Shown: positions 10,279 through 20,634 of the stretch, piece after piece
How positions within the stretch are numbered: position 1 is the first letter of the stretch
Layout of the letters: each line of letters begins with the position of its first letter
Source of the DNA: Acidobacteriota bacterium
GTDB taxonomy: Bacteria > Acidobacteriota > UBA890 > WLXD01
NCBI GenBank assembly: GCA_965248695.1
Contig: CBDFKD010000002.1
Span: forward strand, 2,944,001-3,008,000
Reading direction: 5' to 3'
Length of the DNA stretch: 64,000 nucleotides
Translations under genes and position numbers: made by a program
The notes under the pieces: model-generated
The model's database searches: none
Seen by the model: only the letters and a program-made list of their open reading frames with translations
Told to the model about the DNA's origin: nothing

Positions 10279-11589
10279 TTATCGAGTCCAAACCTGGGCG
10301 CTGGAGGTGTCGGGCATGCCCCAATCGGCTCCGTTCCAGCCATCGAAGCCGTCCATTCGGAAGGCCCAGAAGCCAGTGGTGAAATCACTGATGACGATGA
10401 GGCCGTCCTCGTTGCGAACGTCGACGCCCCAAGCACCGTTGAACATCGCGCCGGTGCCGCCGCCGGGGTTCGGCGGTCCGAGATACGTGTCGTAATAGGC
10501 GACCGTCACCGGGTTCGCCGGATCCATCATGCTGAACACCTGAAGCCCGTCGAGGAGGCCCGAGACGAACACATAGGGCCAGCGCACCTCGTGGTTGTGC
10601 ACCAGGTTGCGCCAGTCGGCCGTCCACGCCCCGATCGGGGTGCGGATGTTCTGCACCTCGCCATCGAGAGCCGGTTGCAGGTCGAAGATGCGCAGGGGCG
10701 CGTAGCGGTACTCCGTCTCGGCGATCGCGTAGCGACCATCCGGTGTGGGCGTGAACGTGTGTCCGTACTCGACTCCCTGGATGCCCGTCAGCGAGAACAG
10801 CATCTCCGGGGCTTCGAGGTTCGTCACGTCGTAGACGTAGTACCCGTCGGTACCGCCGCCGTAGAAGCGATCCGTCTGCGTGTCCGGGTGCCAGCCAACG
10901 TAGAAATCGTGATACGCACGGTAGCCGCGGGCGCTGTCCGCTCCGGATCCGGCCGGCACATTGGTCACCCGGGCGGCGTCCATACGCCCGTTGATCACGT
11001 GCACCAGGTCGTAGACGTTGGCGCCTGGTCCGCTCAACGTCGTGAACAGCAGCGGACGACCGTTGCTGTGGGCGTATACGAAGATGTTGTGGAAGCCACC
11101 AACGAGATCGGGCTCGCGGATGCGGGCGACCTCCACCATCGTCTCGGGCAGGCCGGTGACGTCGAAGATGATCGCCCCGAGGTCGGGGTTCGGCCCTCCC
11201 TGCGCGAACTGCACGGAGAGCACCACGTAGTAGCGCTCCTCCCACATGAAGTACTTGATGTCCTTGCCGCCGGCACCTGCGTGCAGGTCCTGCTCCTCGA
11301 TGCGCCATTCGTGAATGCGCTTCGGGGCGGCCAGATCGGACAGATCGATCACATCCATGCCCTTCTCGCCGAAGTCGCCAAAGACCTCGCGCGCGACGTA
11401 GACATAGGGGCGCGATAGCTCCTGCTCGATCTCGATGTCGGCAACGCTGAGCGCCGGGCCGAGCGGCAGATGCGCCACCACTTCGATGTTGTCGCTGCCG
11501 GGCTTGTCGGGAGTCCACTGTCGGGCGCCGGCCGAGGTCACGGCGACCAGGGAGATGATCGTGGAGAGGATCGCGAATCGATGAGACAT
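10279..11589 (-). CDS. Secreted LVIVD-repeat protein, paralog 2
   Basis: Collinear with 679-2007 (GSDNIEVVAH, ADIEIEQ, GGFHNIF, DRFYGGGT, AWTADWR, VHNHEVRWP). ATG 11589 follows GGAGG. Confidence 0.78.
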   Translation of the reverse strand: MSHRFAILSTIISLVAVTSAGARQWTPDKPGSDNIEVVAHLPLGPALSVADIEIEQELSRPYVYVAREVFGDFGEKGMDVIDLSDLAAPKRIHEWRIEEQDLHAGAGGKDIKYFMWEERYYVVLSVQFAQGGPNPDLGAIIFDVTGLPETMVEVARIREPDLVGGFHNIFVYAHSNGRPLLFTTLSGPGANVYDLVHVINGRMDAARVTNVPAGSGADSARGYRAYHDFYVGWHPDTQTDRFYGGGTDGYYVYDVTNLEAPEMLFSLTGIQGVEYGHTFTPTPDGRYAIAETEYRYAPLRIFDLQPALDGEVQNIRTPIGAWTADWRNLVHNHEVRWPYVFVSGLLDGLQVFSMMDPANPVTVAYYDTYLGPPNPGGGTGAMFNGAWGVDVRNEDGLIVISDFTTGFWAFRMDGFDGWNGADWGMPDTSSAQVWTR

Positions 11590-11841
11590 GCTGCACCTCC
11601 GCTGCAAATGGTACGCGGCAAGACGATACTCTCTCGATGCCGAGAAACTCCAACGGCAGACCATGGACCGATCACGACGGGTCATGTGACAACTGTCCGC
11701 GGTTTCACTCTCCAACCCGTGAGGGCCGAGTCATGAGCCGTACCTCGCCCCAGATTCTGGTGTTCGTCGCGGCGCTCTCGGGCCGGCCTGGCCCAACCAG
11801 CCTCCCCGACGCCGATCGGCGTTCGGCCCGGGCAGTCCGCC

Positions 11842-13635
11842 ATGCCAGCGGCAAAGTACGAGGTTCGACTGCAGCGCAGCACCATGGTTCCGATGCGCGA
11901 CGGAGTCGGGCTCTCGACCGATCTGTATTTCCCCGAAGGCGCCGGAGCGTCGCTGCCGAGCGTCCTCATCCGCACCCCGTATGACAAGAACGCGTATCGC
12001 CAGCGACAGCAATCGGTGGCGCAGCTGTTCGCCAGCCGCGGACACGTGGTTGTGGTGCAGGACAAGCGTGGGCGCTACGAGTCGGAGGGCAGATTCCTGG
12101 TCTACGGTGGCGACGCCGAGGACGGCTACGACACGGTGGACTGGGTAGCGGCTCAATCCTGGTCGAACGGTCGGGTGGGAACCTACGGCTGCTCGTCGCC
12201 AGGCGACTATCAGATGTTCCAGTCGACGCTGAGGAACCCGCACCACGCCGCCATGATTCCGCAAGCGACGGGGGGCGCCGTAGGCTCGGCGGGCGGGCGC
12301 TACCGCTACTTCGGGCTCATCAACGGCGGGGCGATCGAGCTTGCCCTAGGGTTCGGATGGTTCCGCGGCAGCGGCAACAAGATCTACTACGGACCGCCGC
12401 CCCATGTGGACCGCGGCGAGTGGTTCGCGTCCGGGCTCGGGGAGCTCTTCGACACCGCCCCGACGCTGCCGGAGATCGATCATGCGGAGATCTGGCCCAC
12501 CTTGCCCCTCGTGGAGATGATGGCCAAGGGCCGCACGCCTCCGACCGACTGGGTACGCGTCGTGTCGACGCCGCTCACCGACCCCTGGTGGGACCAGTTC
12601 CACTACCTCTCCGACGAGGACCGCTTCGACGTGCCGGCGCTGTTCATCAACTCCTGGTACGACTACGGCGTCGCCGAGACGCTTTACGAGTTCAACCTAC
12701 TGCGGCGCAACGCCGAAAGCGCTCGCGCTCGGGACAACCAGTTCGTCATCATCTCGCCGACCACCCACTGCGGATCGGAACGGACCACGGAGCACACGAG
12801 CGTCGGTGACCGCGACCTCGGCGATCCTCGCAAGGACTTCTGGAAAATCTACGTCGACTGGTTTGACCACTGGCTCAACGGCGACGGCAGCGATTTCACC
12901 GACATGCCCAAGGTTCAGTACTACCTGATGGGTATGAACGAGTGGCGCAGCGCGGAACAGTGGCCACTTCCGGAGACCCGCTTCACGCGCTACTACCTGC
13001 GCAGCGACGGCCAGGCCAACAGCCGCTTCGGTAGCGGAACGCTGACGACCGCCCCTCCCGGCGACGAGCCACCCGACCAGTTCACCTACGATCCGGCGAC
13101 CCCGGTGCCGTCACGAGGTGGCAACTTCTGCTGCTCGGGCACCGCGGAGGCCCAGGGGGACTCGTTCGACCAGCGGGTGATAGAGATGCGCAACGATGTG
13201 CTGGTATACACCACCCCGCCGCTGGAGCAGGGCGTCGAGGTAACCGGTCCGATCGAGGCGACGCTGTACGTGACTTCGTCGGCGCGCGACACCGATTTCG
13301 TCGCCAAGCTGGTCGACGTGTATCCGGACGGCACCGCCTACAACGTGCAGGAGGGAATCCTGCGAGCGCGCTATCGCGAGGGCTTCGGGCAGCAGGTGTG
13401 GATGAGCCCCGGGGAAGTCTACGAGGTCAGGGTCGACCTGCACGCTACCAGCAACTACTTCGGGCCCGGACACCGAATCCGCCTGGAGGTGTCGAGCTCC
13501 AGCTTCCCGCGTTTCGATCGCAACCTGAACACCGGCGGTGACAACTACAGCGAGACTGAGTGGGTGGTGGCAGACAACGCCATCCATCATTCAGGGGACC
13601 GTGCCTCCTACGTCGTGCTGCCCATCATCCGGTAG
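11842..13635 (+). CDS. CocE/NonD family serine hydrolase (signal peptide apparently frameshifted, see findings)
   Basis: VPMRDGV, IRTPY, QDKRGRYESEG, nucleophile GCSSPG, SWYD, C-terminal SSSFPRFDRNLNTG. Confidence 0.9.
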   Translation: MPAAKYEVRLQRSTMVPMRDGVGLSTDLYFPEGAGASLPSVLIRTPYDKNAYRQRQQSVAQLFASRGHVVVVQDKRGRYESEGRFLVYGGDAEDGYDTVDWVAAQSWSNGRVGTYGCSSPGDYQMFQSTLRNPHHAAMIPQATGGAVGSAGGRYRYFGLINGGAIELALGFGWFRGSGNKIYYGPPPHVDRGEWFASGLGELFDTAPTLPEIDHAEIWPTLPLVEMMAKGRTPPTDWVRVVSTPLTDPWWDQFHYLSDEDRFDVPALFINSWYDYGVAETLYEFNLLRRNAESARARDNQFVIISPTTHCGSERTTEHTSVGDRDLGDPRKDFWKIYVDWFDHWLNGDGSDFTDMPKVQYYLMGMNEWRSAEQWPLPETRFTRYYLRSDGQANSRFGSGTLTTAPPGDEPPDQFTYDPATPVPSRGGNFCCSGTAEAQGDSFDQRVIEMRNDVLVYTTPPLEQGVEVTGPIEATLYVTSSARDTDFVAKLVDVYPDGTAYNVQEGILRARYREGFGQQVWMSPGEVYEVRVDLHATSNYFGPGHRIRLEVSSSSFPRFDRNLNTGGDNYSETEWVVADNAIHHSGDRASYVVLPIIR

Positions 13636-13709
13636 CCTCGGATCTCGCGAAAACCCGGGCCACGACGCACCTGACCCGCATCGGGTTCGCCAGCGGACGG
13701 AGGACAGCC

Positions 13710-14882
13710 ATGATGCCTTTCGAGCATCACGAGTACCTGGGACGGATCAACGCCACGAAGCGACGCATGGAGGCGGCGGAGATCGAGGTGCTGCTGGTGA
13801 CCGACCCGTCCAACCTCTACTACCTCACCGGCTACAACGGCTGGTCGTTCTACGTCCATCAGATGCTGGCGCTGGCGCTGGAGGCCGAGGAACCTCTGTG
13901 GATCGGCCGCCAGATGGACATCGCCTGTGCCCGGCACTCCGCGTTCCTGAGCCCGGACAGCCTGGTGGGCTATCCCGAGGACTACGTCCAGTCGCCGGCA
14001 CGGCACGAGATGGACTTCATCGCCGGCGTGCTTGCGGAGAGAGGCTGGGGCAGGCGCCGCCTCGGCGTCGAGATGGACAGCTACTACTTCACCGCGCGCG
14101 CCTACCAGCAGCTCGAGCTCGGTCTACCCGACGCCACCTTCGTCGACGCCAACCTGCTGGTGAACTGGGGGCGGCTGATCAAGTCGCCGGCCGAGATCGA
14201 GCAACTCCGGGTCGCCGGCGCGATCGCCGATCGAGCCATGCGAGCGGTCATCGAGCGGATCGAACCGGGTGTCAGGGAGTGTGATGCGGCGGCAACCTTC
14301 TACGCCACACAGGTTGGTGGTGCGGAGCACAGCGGCGATCTTCCCAGCCACGTGCTCTACATGCCAACCGGCGAGAGAGCTTCGGCGCCCCACCTGAGCT
14401 GGACGGACAATTGCTTCAAGGTCGGTGAGTCAACCAACATCGAGCTCGCCGGCTGTCGTCACCGTTACCACACCGGGCTCGCCCGAACCGTGTTCCTCGG
14501 CGCGCCACCGTCACGGCTCACCGAGCTCGCTTCGGTCGTGGCCGAGGGACTGGAGGCGGCGCTCGACACGATGCGCCCGGGCGCCACGTGCGAGCAGGTA
14601 GAGGCGGCCTGGCGCGCGGTGATCACCAGGGCCGGGTACGAGAAGGCGTCGCGCATCGGCTACTCGATCGGTATCGGCTACCCGCCCGACTGGGGCGAGC
14701 ACACTGCCAGCCTGCGGCCGGGCGACGCCACCGTGCTGGAGCCCGACATGACCTTCCACGTGATCCTCGGCATGTGGATGGAAGACTGGGGCTACGAGCT
14801 CAGCGAGACCGTCCGGGTTTCGGAGGATGGCGCACCCGAGAGCTTCTCGCGGTTGCCGCGGGAGTTGTTCGTCAAGACCTGA
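13710..14882 (+). CDS. doeA: M24 family peptidase, ectoine hydrolase (DoeA/EutD)-like
   Basis: DPSNLYYLTGYNGWSFYVHQ, YPEDYVQ, APHLSW, RIGYSIGIGYPPDWGEHTASLR are typical of DoeA/EutD. ATG 13710 follows GGAGG. Confidence 0.8.
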   Translation: MMPFEHHEYLGRINATKRRMEAAEIEVLLVTDPSNLYYLTGYNGWSFYVHQMLALALEAEEPLWIGRQMDIACARHSAFLSPDSLVGYPEDYVQSPARHEMDFIAGVLAERGWGRRRLGVEMDSYYFTARAYQQLELGLPDATFVDANLLVNWGRLIKSPAEIEQLRVAGAIADRAMRAVIERIEPGVRECDAAATFYATQVGGAEHSGDLPSHVLYMPTGERASAPHLSWTDNCFKVGESTNIELAGCRHRYHTGLARTVFLGAPPSRLTELASVVAEGLEAALDTMRPGATCEQVEAAWRAVITRAGYEKASRIGYSIGIGYPPDWGEHTASLRPGDATVLEPDMTFHVILGMWMEDWGYELSETVRVSEDGAPESFSRLPRELFVKT

Positions 14883-14885
14883 GCG

Positions 14886-16619
14886 TCACTGGCGCCCGTA
14901 TGCGAGCCGTCCGTCGATAAAGGTCATGTCGACGTCGATTTCACTGATCGCTCCGGGCGGCACGCTCGTCGGATCGTCTGACAGGACGACAAAATCGGCC
15001 AGCTTGCCGATCTCGATCGATCCCTTCACCTCCTCGTCGAAGGTCGAGTATGCACCCCCGAGGGTCCAAACGCGGATGGCGTCCTCGACGCTGACTTGCT
15101 GTGCCGCGCCGTACACCTTTCCCTCAGCGCTGGCACGCGTGACCATGCTCTGGATTCTGAGCATCGGATCGGCGGCGCTGACGCCGTAGTCGGAGTTCCC
15201 GGCAACGGGAATACCGAGCTCCAACGCCGATCGATTGGCGTGCATCATGTTCCACCGTGCCGCACCATACGCCTCCATCTTGTCGCCGTGCTCGTAGACG
15301 TACGAGTGCAGAGCCAGCACGATGTCCAGCTCCTTGATCCGGCTGAGAATGGCGGAGTTCACGATGCTCGCGTGCTCGATGCGGTGTCGATGATTCTCGC
15401 GCGGACGATGCTCCAAGGCTCGTTCGAGCGCATCGAGAACCATGTCGATCTCGCGGTCGCCGTTGGAGTGCACCGCGGCCTGGAATCCGGCCTCGTGAAT
15501 CTCGAGAATCATGGCGTCAAGCTCTTCTTGGGATCTGCCGGGCGGGATGCCGTAGTAGTCGCGCTCCCCGGTTGCCGGATTGGCCATCTCGTAGGGCTCG
15601 TACAGCCAGCAGGTCCGCCCCGAGAGCGAGTTGCCATGGAAGCTCTTGATGGCTCCGATTCGGAGGTGATCGTCGCCGAAGCCGGTGCGCAGGCCGAGCG
15701 CTCGCAGCGCCGGCAGGTGGCGGAAATCGAACATGATGCTCACCCTGACGGGTTGCCCTTGATCGGCCGCGTCCTGGTAGGCCTTGAACGCCGCAGGATC
15801 GCTCCCGGCATCGACAACGCTAGTGATCCCCTTGCTCAAGAACGCCTCCAAAGTCCGCAGAAGTCCCTCGGTTCGCTCGGCGCTCGTGGCCCCCGGTAGC
15901 GGCGGACCGTGCTCGAGGATGGGGTCGATAGCGTTTTCCCAAACGACGCCGGTCGGCCGACCTGTGTCATCGCGCTCGAACCCTCCGCCAGGCGGGTCTG
16001 ATGTCGAGCTATCGACCCCGGCCATCTCGAGAGCGAGAGAATTGACCGCCGAAACATGGCCGCTGGAATGCGTCACGAAGACCGGATGCGTTGTAGTGGC
16101 CTGATCCAGGTCCGCACGACTCGGATGCCTTCCCAGCTTGGTGTCTTGATATCGGGTGCCGATCACCCACTGCCCGACCGGGGTGATGGCCGCCTTCTTC
16201 CTCAACGCGACGATTGCTTCCTGCATCGTCTGCACGTTCTGGGGACTCAGGTCTACCTTGCCAAGTCGTGACGTCACCGGATACGTGGGTTCCGGGTGCA
16301 TGTGGGCGTCGATGAAACCGGGCGCGATCGTCTTGCCGCCCGCATCCAAGACTTCTGTGTCCGGGCCGACCAGCGAGCCTACCTCCGCCGAGCTCGCAAC
16401 CGCCACGAGCTTGCCGTCGCGAACCGCCAGAGCCTCGGCCCTCGGGAGCCTGTGGTCGACGGTAATGATGTTCGCCGAGACCACCACCAGGTCGGCAGCC
16501 AACCGTTCTTGCGTCGCCACGGGCGAAGAGGCCGACATCCAGATACCGAGCGTCGCAGCGATGGCAAGGGCCCGATGAATGAGCCCGGCGCTGGACCGGG
16601 CGGACTTCGTGAGGCTCAT
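14886..16619 (-). CDS. Secreted amidohydrolase 3 (YtcJ-like)
   Basis: PGFIDAHMH, SGH, VHSNGDREID, HRIEHAS, GNSD, GSIEIGKLADFVVL; signal peptide. Confidence 0.9.
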   Translation of the reverse strand: MSLTKSARSSAGLIHRALAIAATLGIWMSASSPVATQERLAADLVVVSANIITVDHRLPRAEALAVRDGKLVAVASSAEVGSLVGPDTEVLDAGGKTIAPGFIDAHMHPEPTYPVTSRLGKVDLSPQNVQTMQEAIVALRKKAAITPVGQWVIGTRYQDTKLGRHPSRADLDQATTTHPVFVTHSSGHVSAVNSLALEMAGVDSSTSDPPGGGFERDDTGRPTGVVWENAIDPILEHGPPLPGATSAERTEGLLRTLEAFLSKGITSVVDAGSDPAAFKAYQDAADQGQPVRVSIMFDFRHLPALRALGLRTGFGDDHLRIGAIKSFHGNSLSGRTCWLYEPYEMANPATGERDYYGIPPGRSQEELDAMILEIHEAGFQAAVHSNGDREIDMVLDALERALEHRPRENHRHRIEHASIVNSAILSRIKELDIVLALHSYVYEHGDKMEAYGAARWNMMHANRSALELGIPVAGNSDYGVSAADPMLRIQSMVTRASAEGKVYGAAQQVSVEDAIRVWTLGGAYSTFDEEVKGSIEIGKLADFVVLSDDPTSVPPGAISEIDVDMTFIDGRLAYGRQ

Positions 16620-16870
16620 GGGATTCCTGTCCTAGATCGCATGGGTGGTCGTTGGATTCTGTCATCAATAGCCAGGGTCTTCGCCGGGTACGCCGGGAGT
16701 AGCCGCTGGATATGTACGCCCCGTCTCGGGGCGGCGCCTCGAAACTGCTCGCACGGTTCGCTACCATTCGCGAAATCAGGAGCGCGTCCGTGCTCCCGGG
16801 CGTAAGCGACCGCCATATCGGAAGATGGACGACGCCCCCCGGTAGTCGGCCATGAGTCAAGGGAGAGCCT

Positions 16871-17281
16871 GTGCTTGAAAACGTGAACTTCCTCGCAGTT
16901 GGTCTCGCCACGGTGCTCTCGTTCGTCTTCGGAGCACTCTGGTACTCGCCGTTGCTGCTCGCGAAGCCCTGGATGCCTGCGCACGGCTACACGGCAGAGC
17001 AGGTCAAAGAGATGCAACCCAGTATGGGTCCTACCTACGCCATCCCGTTCATCTGCTGGGGGCTGATGGCGACGACGCTGGCCATGATCGCACCGCATTT
17101 CGGTGAGGGTTTCGGCGGAACGTTCCATATCGGCCTGATGCTGTGGCTCGGGTTCTCGGCGACCGTCGGGCTCACCAACAATCGCTTCTCCGGCAAGCCA
17201 CTCAACGCGTGGCTCATCGACGCCGGCTACCAACTGGGCTCGGTAGCGATCATGGCCGCCGTGCTGGGCCTCTGGACCTGA
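16871..17281 (+). CDS. DUF1761 family membrane protein
   Basis: NFLAV...GALWYSPLLLAKPW...LIDAGYQL, four hydrophobic segments. Confidence 0.8.
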   Translation: MLENVNFLAVGLATVLSFVFGALWYSPLLLAKPWMPAHGYTAEQVKEMQPSMGPTYAIPFICWGLMATTLAMIAPHFGEGFGGTFHIGLMLWLGFSATVGLTNNRFSGKPLNAWLIDAGYQLGSVAIMAAVLGLWT

Positions 17282-17339
17282 TCGGGCAGTTCACCGTACC
17301 GATGGCTGCAACGGAGACCACGCCGGAGTCTGGGGGCAC

Positions 17340-19322
17340 CTACGGCGAGGGCAAGCCCAAGGCGATCCACTCGGCCGGGTAGTCGCGACCACCCACCGCC
17401 ACGACGACGTACTGCTTGCCGTCGTGCATGTAGGTCATCGGTGCGCTGGTAGTGCCGGCTGGCAACTCGGTCTCCCAGACCGTCTCGCCGGTGCTCTTGT
17501 CCAGGGCGCGGAACATGGTTCCCCAGTGGCCGCGGGCGACTCCGGGCATGGCGTCACTTCCCTCACCGATGAACAGCAGCGTCTTGGTCACCATCGGGGC
17601 GGCGCGGTTGGCGATGCCGAGCGGCGGCAGGTCGAGATCGCGCAGCATCGGGTGATTGCGTGGACCATCACCAACCGGGACCATCCAGACGTGCTCCCCA
17701 AGGTTCATGTCGATAGCGGTGAGCCGTCCGTAGGGCGGTTTGGTGAGCGGCAGACCGAAGGGAGAGGCCAGCCCCTGATGTTCCTGACGCCAGCCGCGGC
17801 CGGCGCCGGGCGGCGGCGACTTGATCACGTAGTCCATCGTCGCGTCGCCGGTAGCTGCGACCATGTCGTTGATGTACGGCAGCGTGTGCGACGCGGCGTA
17901 GAAGATCCCGGTCTCCGGATCGAACGCCGGCGTGTGCCAGTTCGCCGCGCCCCAGGTTCCCGGCACCACGAGCGTGCCTCGCGTCGACTCGCCGGTCAGC
18001 GACGGCGGCGTGAAAATCGGACCGGTGACGTACTGATTCATGATCCTGAGCGCCTCGGCCCGGAGCTCGGGGGTGAAGTCAGCCAGGTCGTCCTCGGTCA
18101 GACCCTGGCGATCGAACGGTGGAGGCTTGGTCGGGAAGGGCTGCGTCGGCGACGTCTGCTCACCGGGGACCGTCGACTGCGGCACGGGGCGCTCTTCGAT
18201 GGGCCACACCGGCTCGCCCGTTGCTCGATCAAAGACGTAAACGAACCCGGTCTTGTTGGGCTGCATGACCGCCTTGATCCGCTTGCCATCAACAGTAATG
18301 TCGCCCAGGACGGGGGCGCCGATGTTGTCGTAGTCCCACAGGTCGTGGTGCACCATCTGGAAGTGCCAGACGCGCTTCCCGGTCTTGGTATCGATGGCCA
18401 CGAGGCTGTCGGCGTACAGGTTGTCCCCTGGTCGATGGCCACCGTAGAGGCTGTTGCTGGGAGCGGTCAGCGGCACGTACACGTAGCCGAGCTCCTCGTC
18501 AGCGCTGAGCCCACACCAGGCTCCCATCGCACCCCCGTACCACCACGAGTCGCCCCAGGTGTCCTCGCCGAACTCACCCGGCCGCGGCCGTACGTGGAAG
18601 GTCCACAGGTGCTCGCCGGTGCGCACGTCGTAACCCCGGATGTCCTCCGGTGCGGCCTCCTTCTTGTTGCCGAAATCACCGCCGCCACCACCGTTGCCGG
18701 CGACGACCACGACGTCGCCAACGACGACCGGGCCATCGGCGGACCAGATGTTTCCGGACCAAGGCAGCTCGCGGTTGAGGTTGACGCGCCCGCCTTCGCC
18801 GAAATCCGGGTAGTACGCGCCGGTCCTGGCGTTCAGGGCGTAGAGGTGCTGGCCCCGCGCGACGAACACCCGCTGGTCGGTGCCGCTCTCCCAGTAGTCC
18901 ATGCCACGGGAGCTGGAGCCGCGCATGCCCTCCGGCGTGCTGTCGAACGGCTCTTGGCCCCAGACCGTCTTGCCGGTTCCGGCGTCGAAGGCCTCCACCA
19001 GCCCGACGCCGTTGGGGGCATAGAGCACACCGCCGATCATGATCGGTGTCGAACGAAGGTTGTCGCTGATGCTGAGGTCAGGGAACGCCTGTCGCAGCTG
19101 GGCATCTACCTTGGGCCGACGCCAGAGGATCTCCAGGTCGCCGACGTTCTCCGAGTTGATCTGATCCAGCGGCGAGTAGCGGGTGAACCCCTTGTCGCCG
19201 CCGTAGTAGTGCCACTCACCCGCCGCCGTCGGCGCGCCGCTCTGAGCGCCCACCGCCAAATTGCCAGCCATGACCAAACCCGCGCACAGACCCACCCTGA
19301 TCGATCCGTGGACGAACCGCAT
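17340..19322 (-). CDS. Secreted PQQ-dependent dehydrogenase (glucose/quinate family, soluble type)
   Basis: GEWHYYGGD..RYSPLDQIN, WHFQMVHHDLWDYD, WPIEERPVP, PTQPFP, KPPYGRLTAID, APMTY. ATG 19322 follows GGAGG. Confidence 0.9.
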   Translation of the reverse strand: MRFVHGSIRVGLCAGLVMAGNLAVGAQSGAPTAAGEWHYYGGDKGFTRYSPLDQINSENVGDLEILWRRPKVDAQLRQAFPDLSISDNLRSTPIMIGGVLYAPNGVGLVEAFDAGTGKTVWGQEPFDSTPEGMRGSSSRGMDYWESGTDQRVFVARGQHLYALNARTGAYYPDFGEGGRVNLNRELPWSGNIWSADGPVVVGDVVVVAGNGGGGGDFGNKKEAAPEDIRGYDVRTGEHLWTFHVRPRPGEFGEDTWGDSWWYGGAMGAWCGLSADEELGYVYVPLTAPSNSLYGGHRPGDNLYADSLVAIDTKTGKRVWHFQMVHHDLWDYDNIGAPVLGDITVDGKRIKAVMQPNKTGFVYVFDRATGEPVWPIEERPVPQSTVPGEQTSPTQPFPTKPPPFDRQGLTEDDLADFTPELRAEALRIMNQYVTGPIFTPPSLTGESTRGTLVVPGTWGAANWHTPAFDPETGIFYAASHTLPYINDMVAATGDATMDYVIKSPPPGAGRGWRQEHQGLASPFGLPLTKPPYGRLTAIDMNLGEHVWMVPVGDGPRNHPMLRDLDLPPLGIANRAAPMVTKTLLFIGEGSDAMPGVARGHWGTMFRALDKSTGETVWETELPAGTTSAPMTYMHDGKQYVVVAVGGRDYPAEWIALGLPSP

Positions 19323-19552
19323 GGCAAGACCTCCCGTTGATGATCGACTCAACACGCACCAGATCCCGCGAGCTTCCAGGCTGCGGCGCCGACAGTCAAC
19401 CTAGTCGGGCGTCCTCACCACACGTTCACCACGGCCTGCTAGCGAGCCGCACGGGAGCTCGGCGTCGTCAGATCGCCGATCCGGACCGGCGCCCGGGCGG
19501 GTGCTCTGCCGCGCATCGTTGCCCGCGGGCGAGAAACGCCGCCACAGTGACC

Positions 19553-19670
19553 TCAGTGGTCCCAGCCGCCCAGCAACTCGCCGTCGGCGCTGTACTTCAC
19601 CACTCGATGACTGTTGTTGATGATTACGTACACTTCGCCACCCGGGCCGACAGCGATCACACCGTTGGAC
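19553..19670 (-). pseudogene. Single NHL-repeat fragment
   Basis: GVIAVGPGGEVYVIINNSHRVVKYSADGELLGGW is one NHL-like repeat, with no surrounding protein. Confidence 0.5.
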
Positions 19671-19835
19671 GCCTGGCGACCGGCGGTGGCTCTCTCTGTC
19701 GACGCGCTGGAGTCTTCATCAGCCAAGGCCGCAGCGGTGCCGCTGCGAAGGCGTGCGTGCTCTCCTATCTGCTTACACGACATTCCACGCTCTACCCCGT
19801 CACCGGTGCCTGCGCCGACTGGGGTGATTGCGTAG

Positions 19836-20564
19836 TTACTGGACGGGATCTTCACCAAGCAGACGCGCCAGCGTGGGCTCCATTGCCTCGGCCCAGATCT
19901 GATAGCCGCGCTCCTCGGGGTGCAGCGCGTCTGGCATCACGCTCTCGGGCAGGACGCCGTCGTCCTCCAGAAAGCTCTCACCTATGTCCAGATAGTGGAT
20001 CCACTCGCCATCGTCGAGCTCGGCGATGAGCGTATTGGCTTCGTCGTTGACTCCACGCTGCCAGGCGGTAACCGTCTTGCCGCGGGGGAACACGGCCAAC
20101 AGCAGGATCTTCGTTTCCGGCAGTAGACCTCGCAGTGTGTTGCAGATTGCGCCGACGCCCGCCGCGATCTCGTCCGGTGTGTAATTGCGCGAGTTGTTTG
20201 TGCCGATCATCAGCACCGCCACCTCAGGGCTGATCTGATCGAGCTGCCCATGGATCACCCGCCACAGAACGTGCTGCGTGCGGTCGCCGCTGAAGCCGAG
20301 ATTCACCGCCTTCCGATGGCCGAAGTACCGGTCCCAGGTCTCCTTACCCGAGCTCTCCCAGCCGTGGGTGATGGAATCACCGATGAAGAGCAGATCGACA
20401 TCTCCTGCGCGCACCTGACGCACGTTGTCGAAGAACCTCGCCATCCACCAAGCTCGGTCGGCGCGAGGCACCGGCACGGTGGCGGAATCCTGAGCGCCAA
20501 CGATCCCCGCGACCGCCATCTGCGCGCACACCAGCAGGAGAAGAAGCTTCACAGAAGTTCTCAT
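19836..20564 (-). CDS. SGNH/GDSL esterase (PAF-acetylhydrolase Ib-like), secreted
   Basis: FIGDSIT, NLGFSGDRT, MIGTNN, DALHP; signal peptide. Confidence 0.92.
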   Translation of the reverse strand: MRTSVKLLLLLVCAQMAVAGIVGAQDSATVPVPRADRAWWMARFFDNVRQVRAGDVDLLFIGDSITHGWESSGKETWDRYFGHRKAVNLGFSGDRTQHVLWRVIHGQLDQISPEVAVLMIGTNNSRNYTPDEIAAGVGAICNTLRGLLPETKILLLAVFPRGKTVTAWQRGVNDEANTLIAELDDGEWIHYLDIGESFLEDDGVLPESVMPDALHPEERGYQIWAEAMEPTLARLLGEDPVQ

Positions 20565-20634
20565 CGCGTACCTATGCACTCTCGTCGTAGGGGACAGCGG
20601 AAACAGATCGAGCGGTGTGCGAGCGTGCGGTCGA

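Noticed and set aside
17424-19340. Long antisense or alternate-frame ORFs (also 7232-8575, 10030-11418, 36615-38036, 43121-44530, 47689-49392, 51823-53166)
   Set aside because: Shadows of well-supported genes in GC-rich DNA, with no motifs of their own
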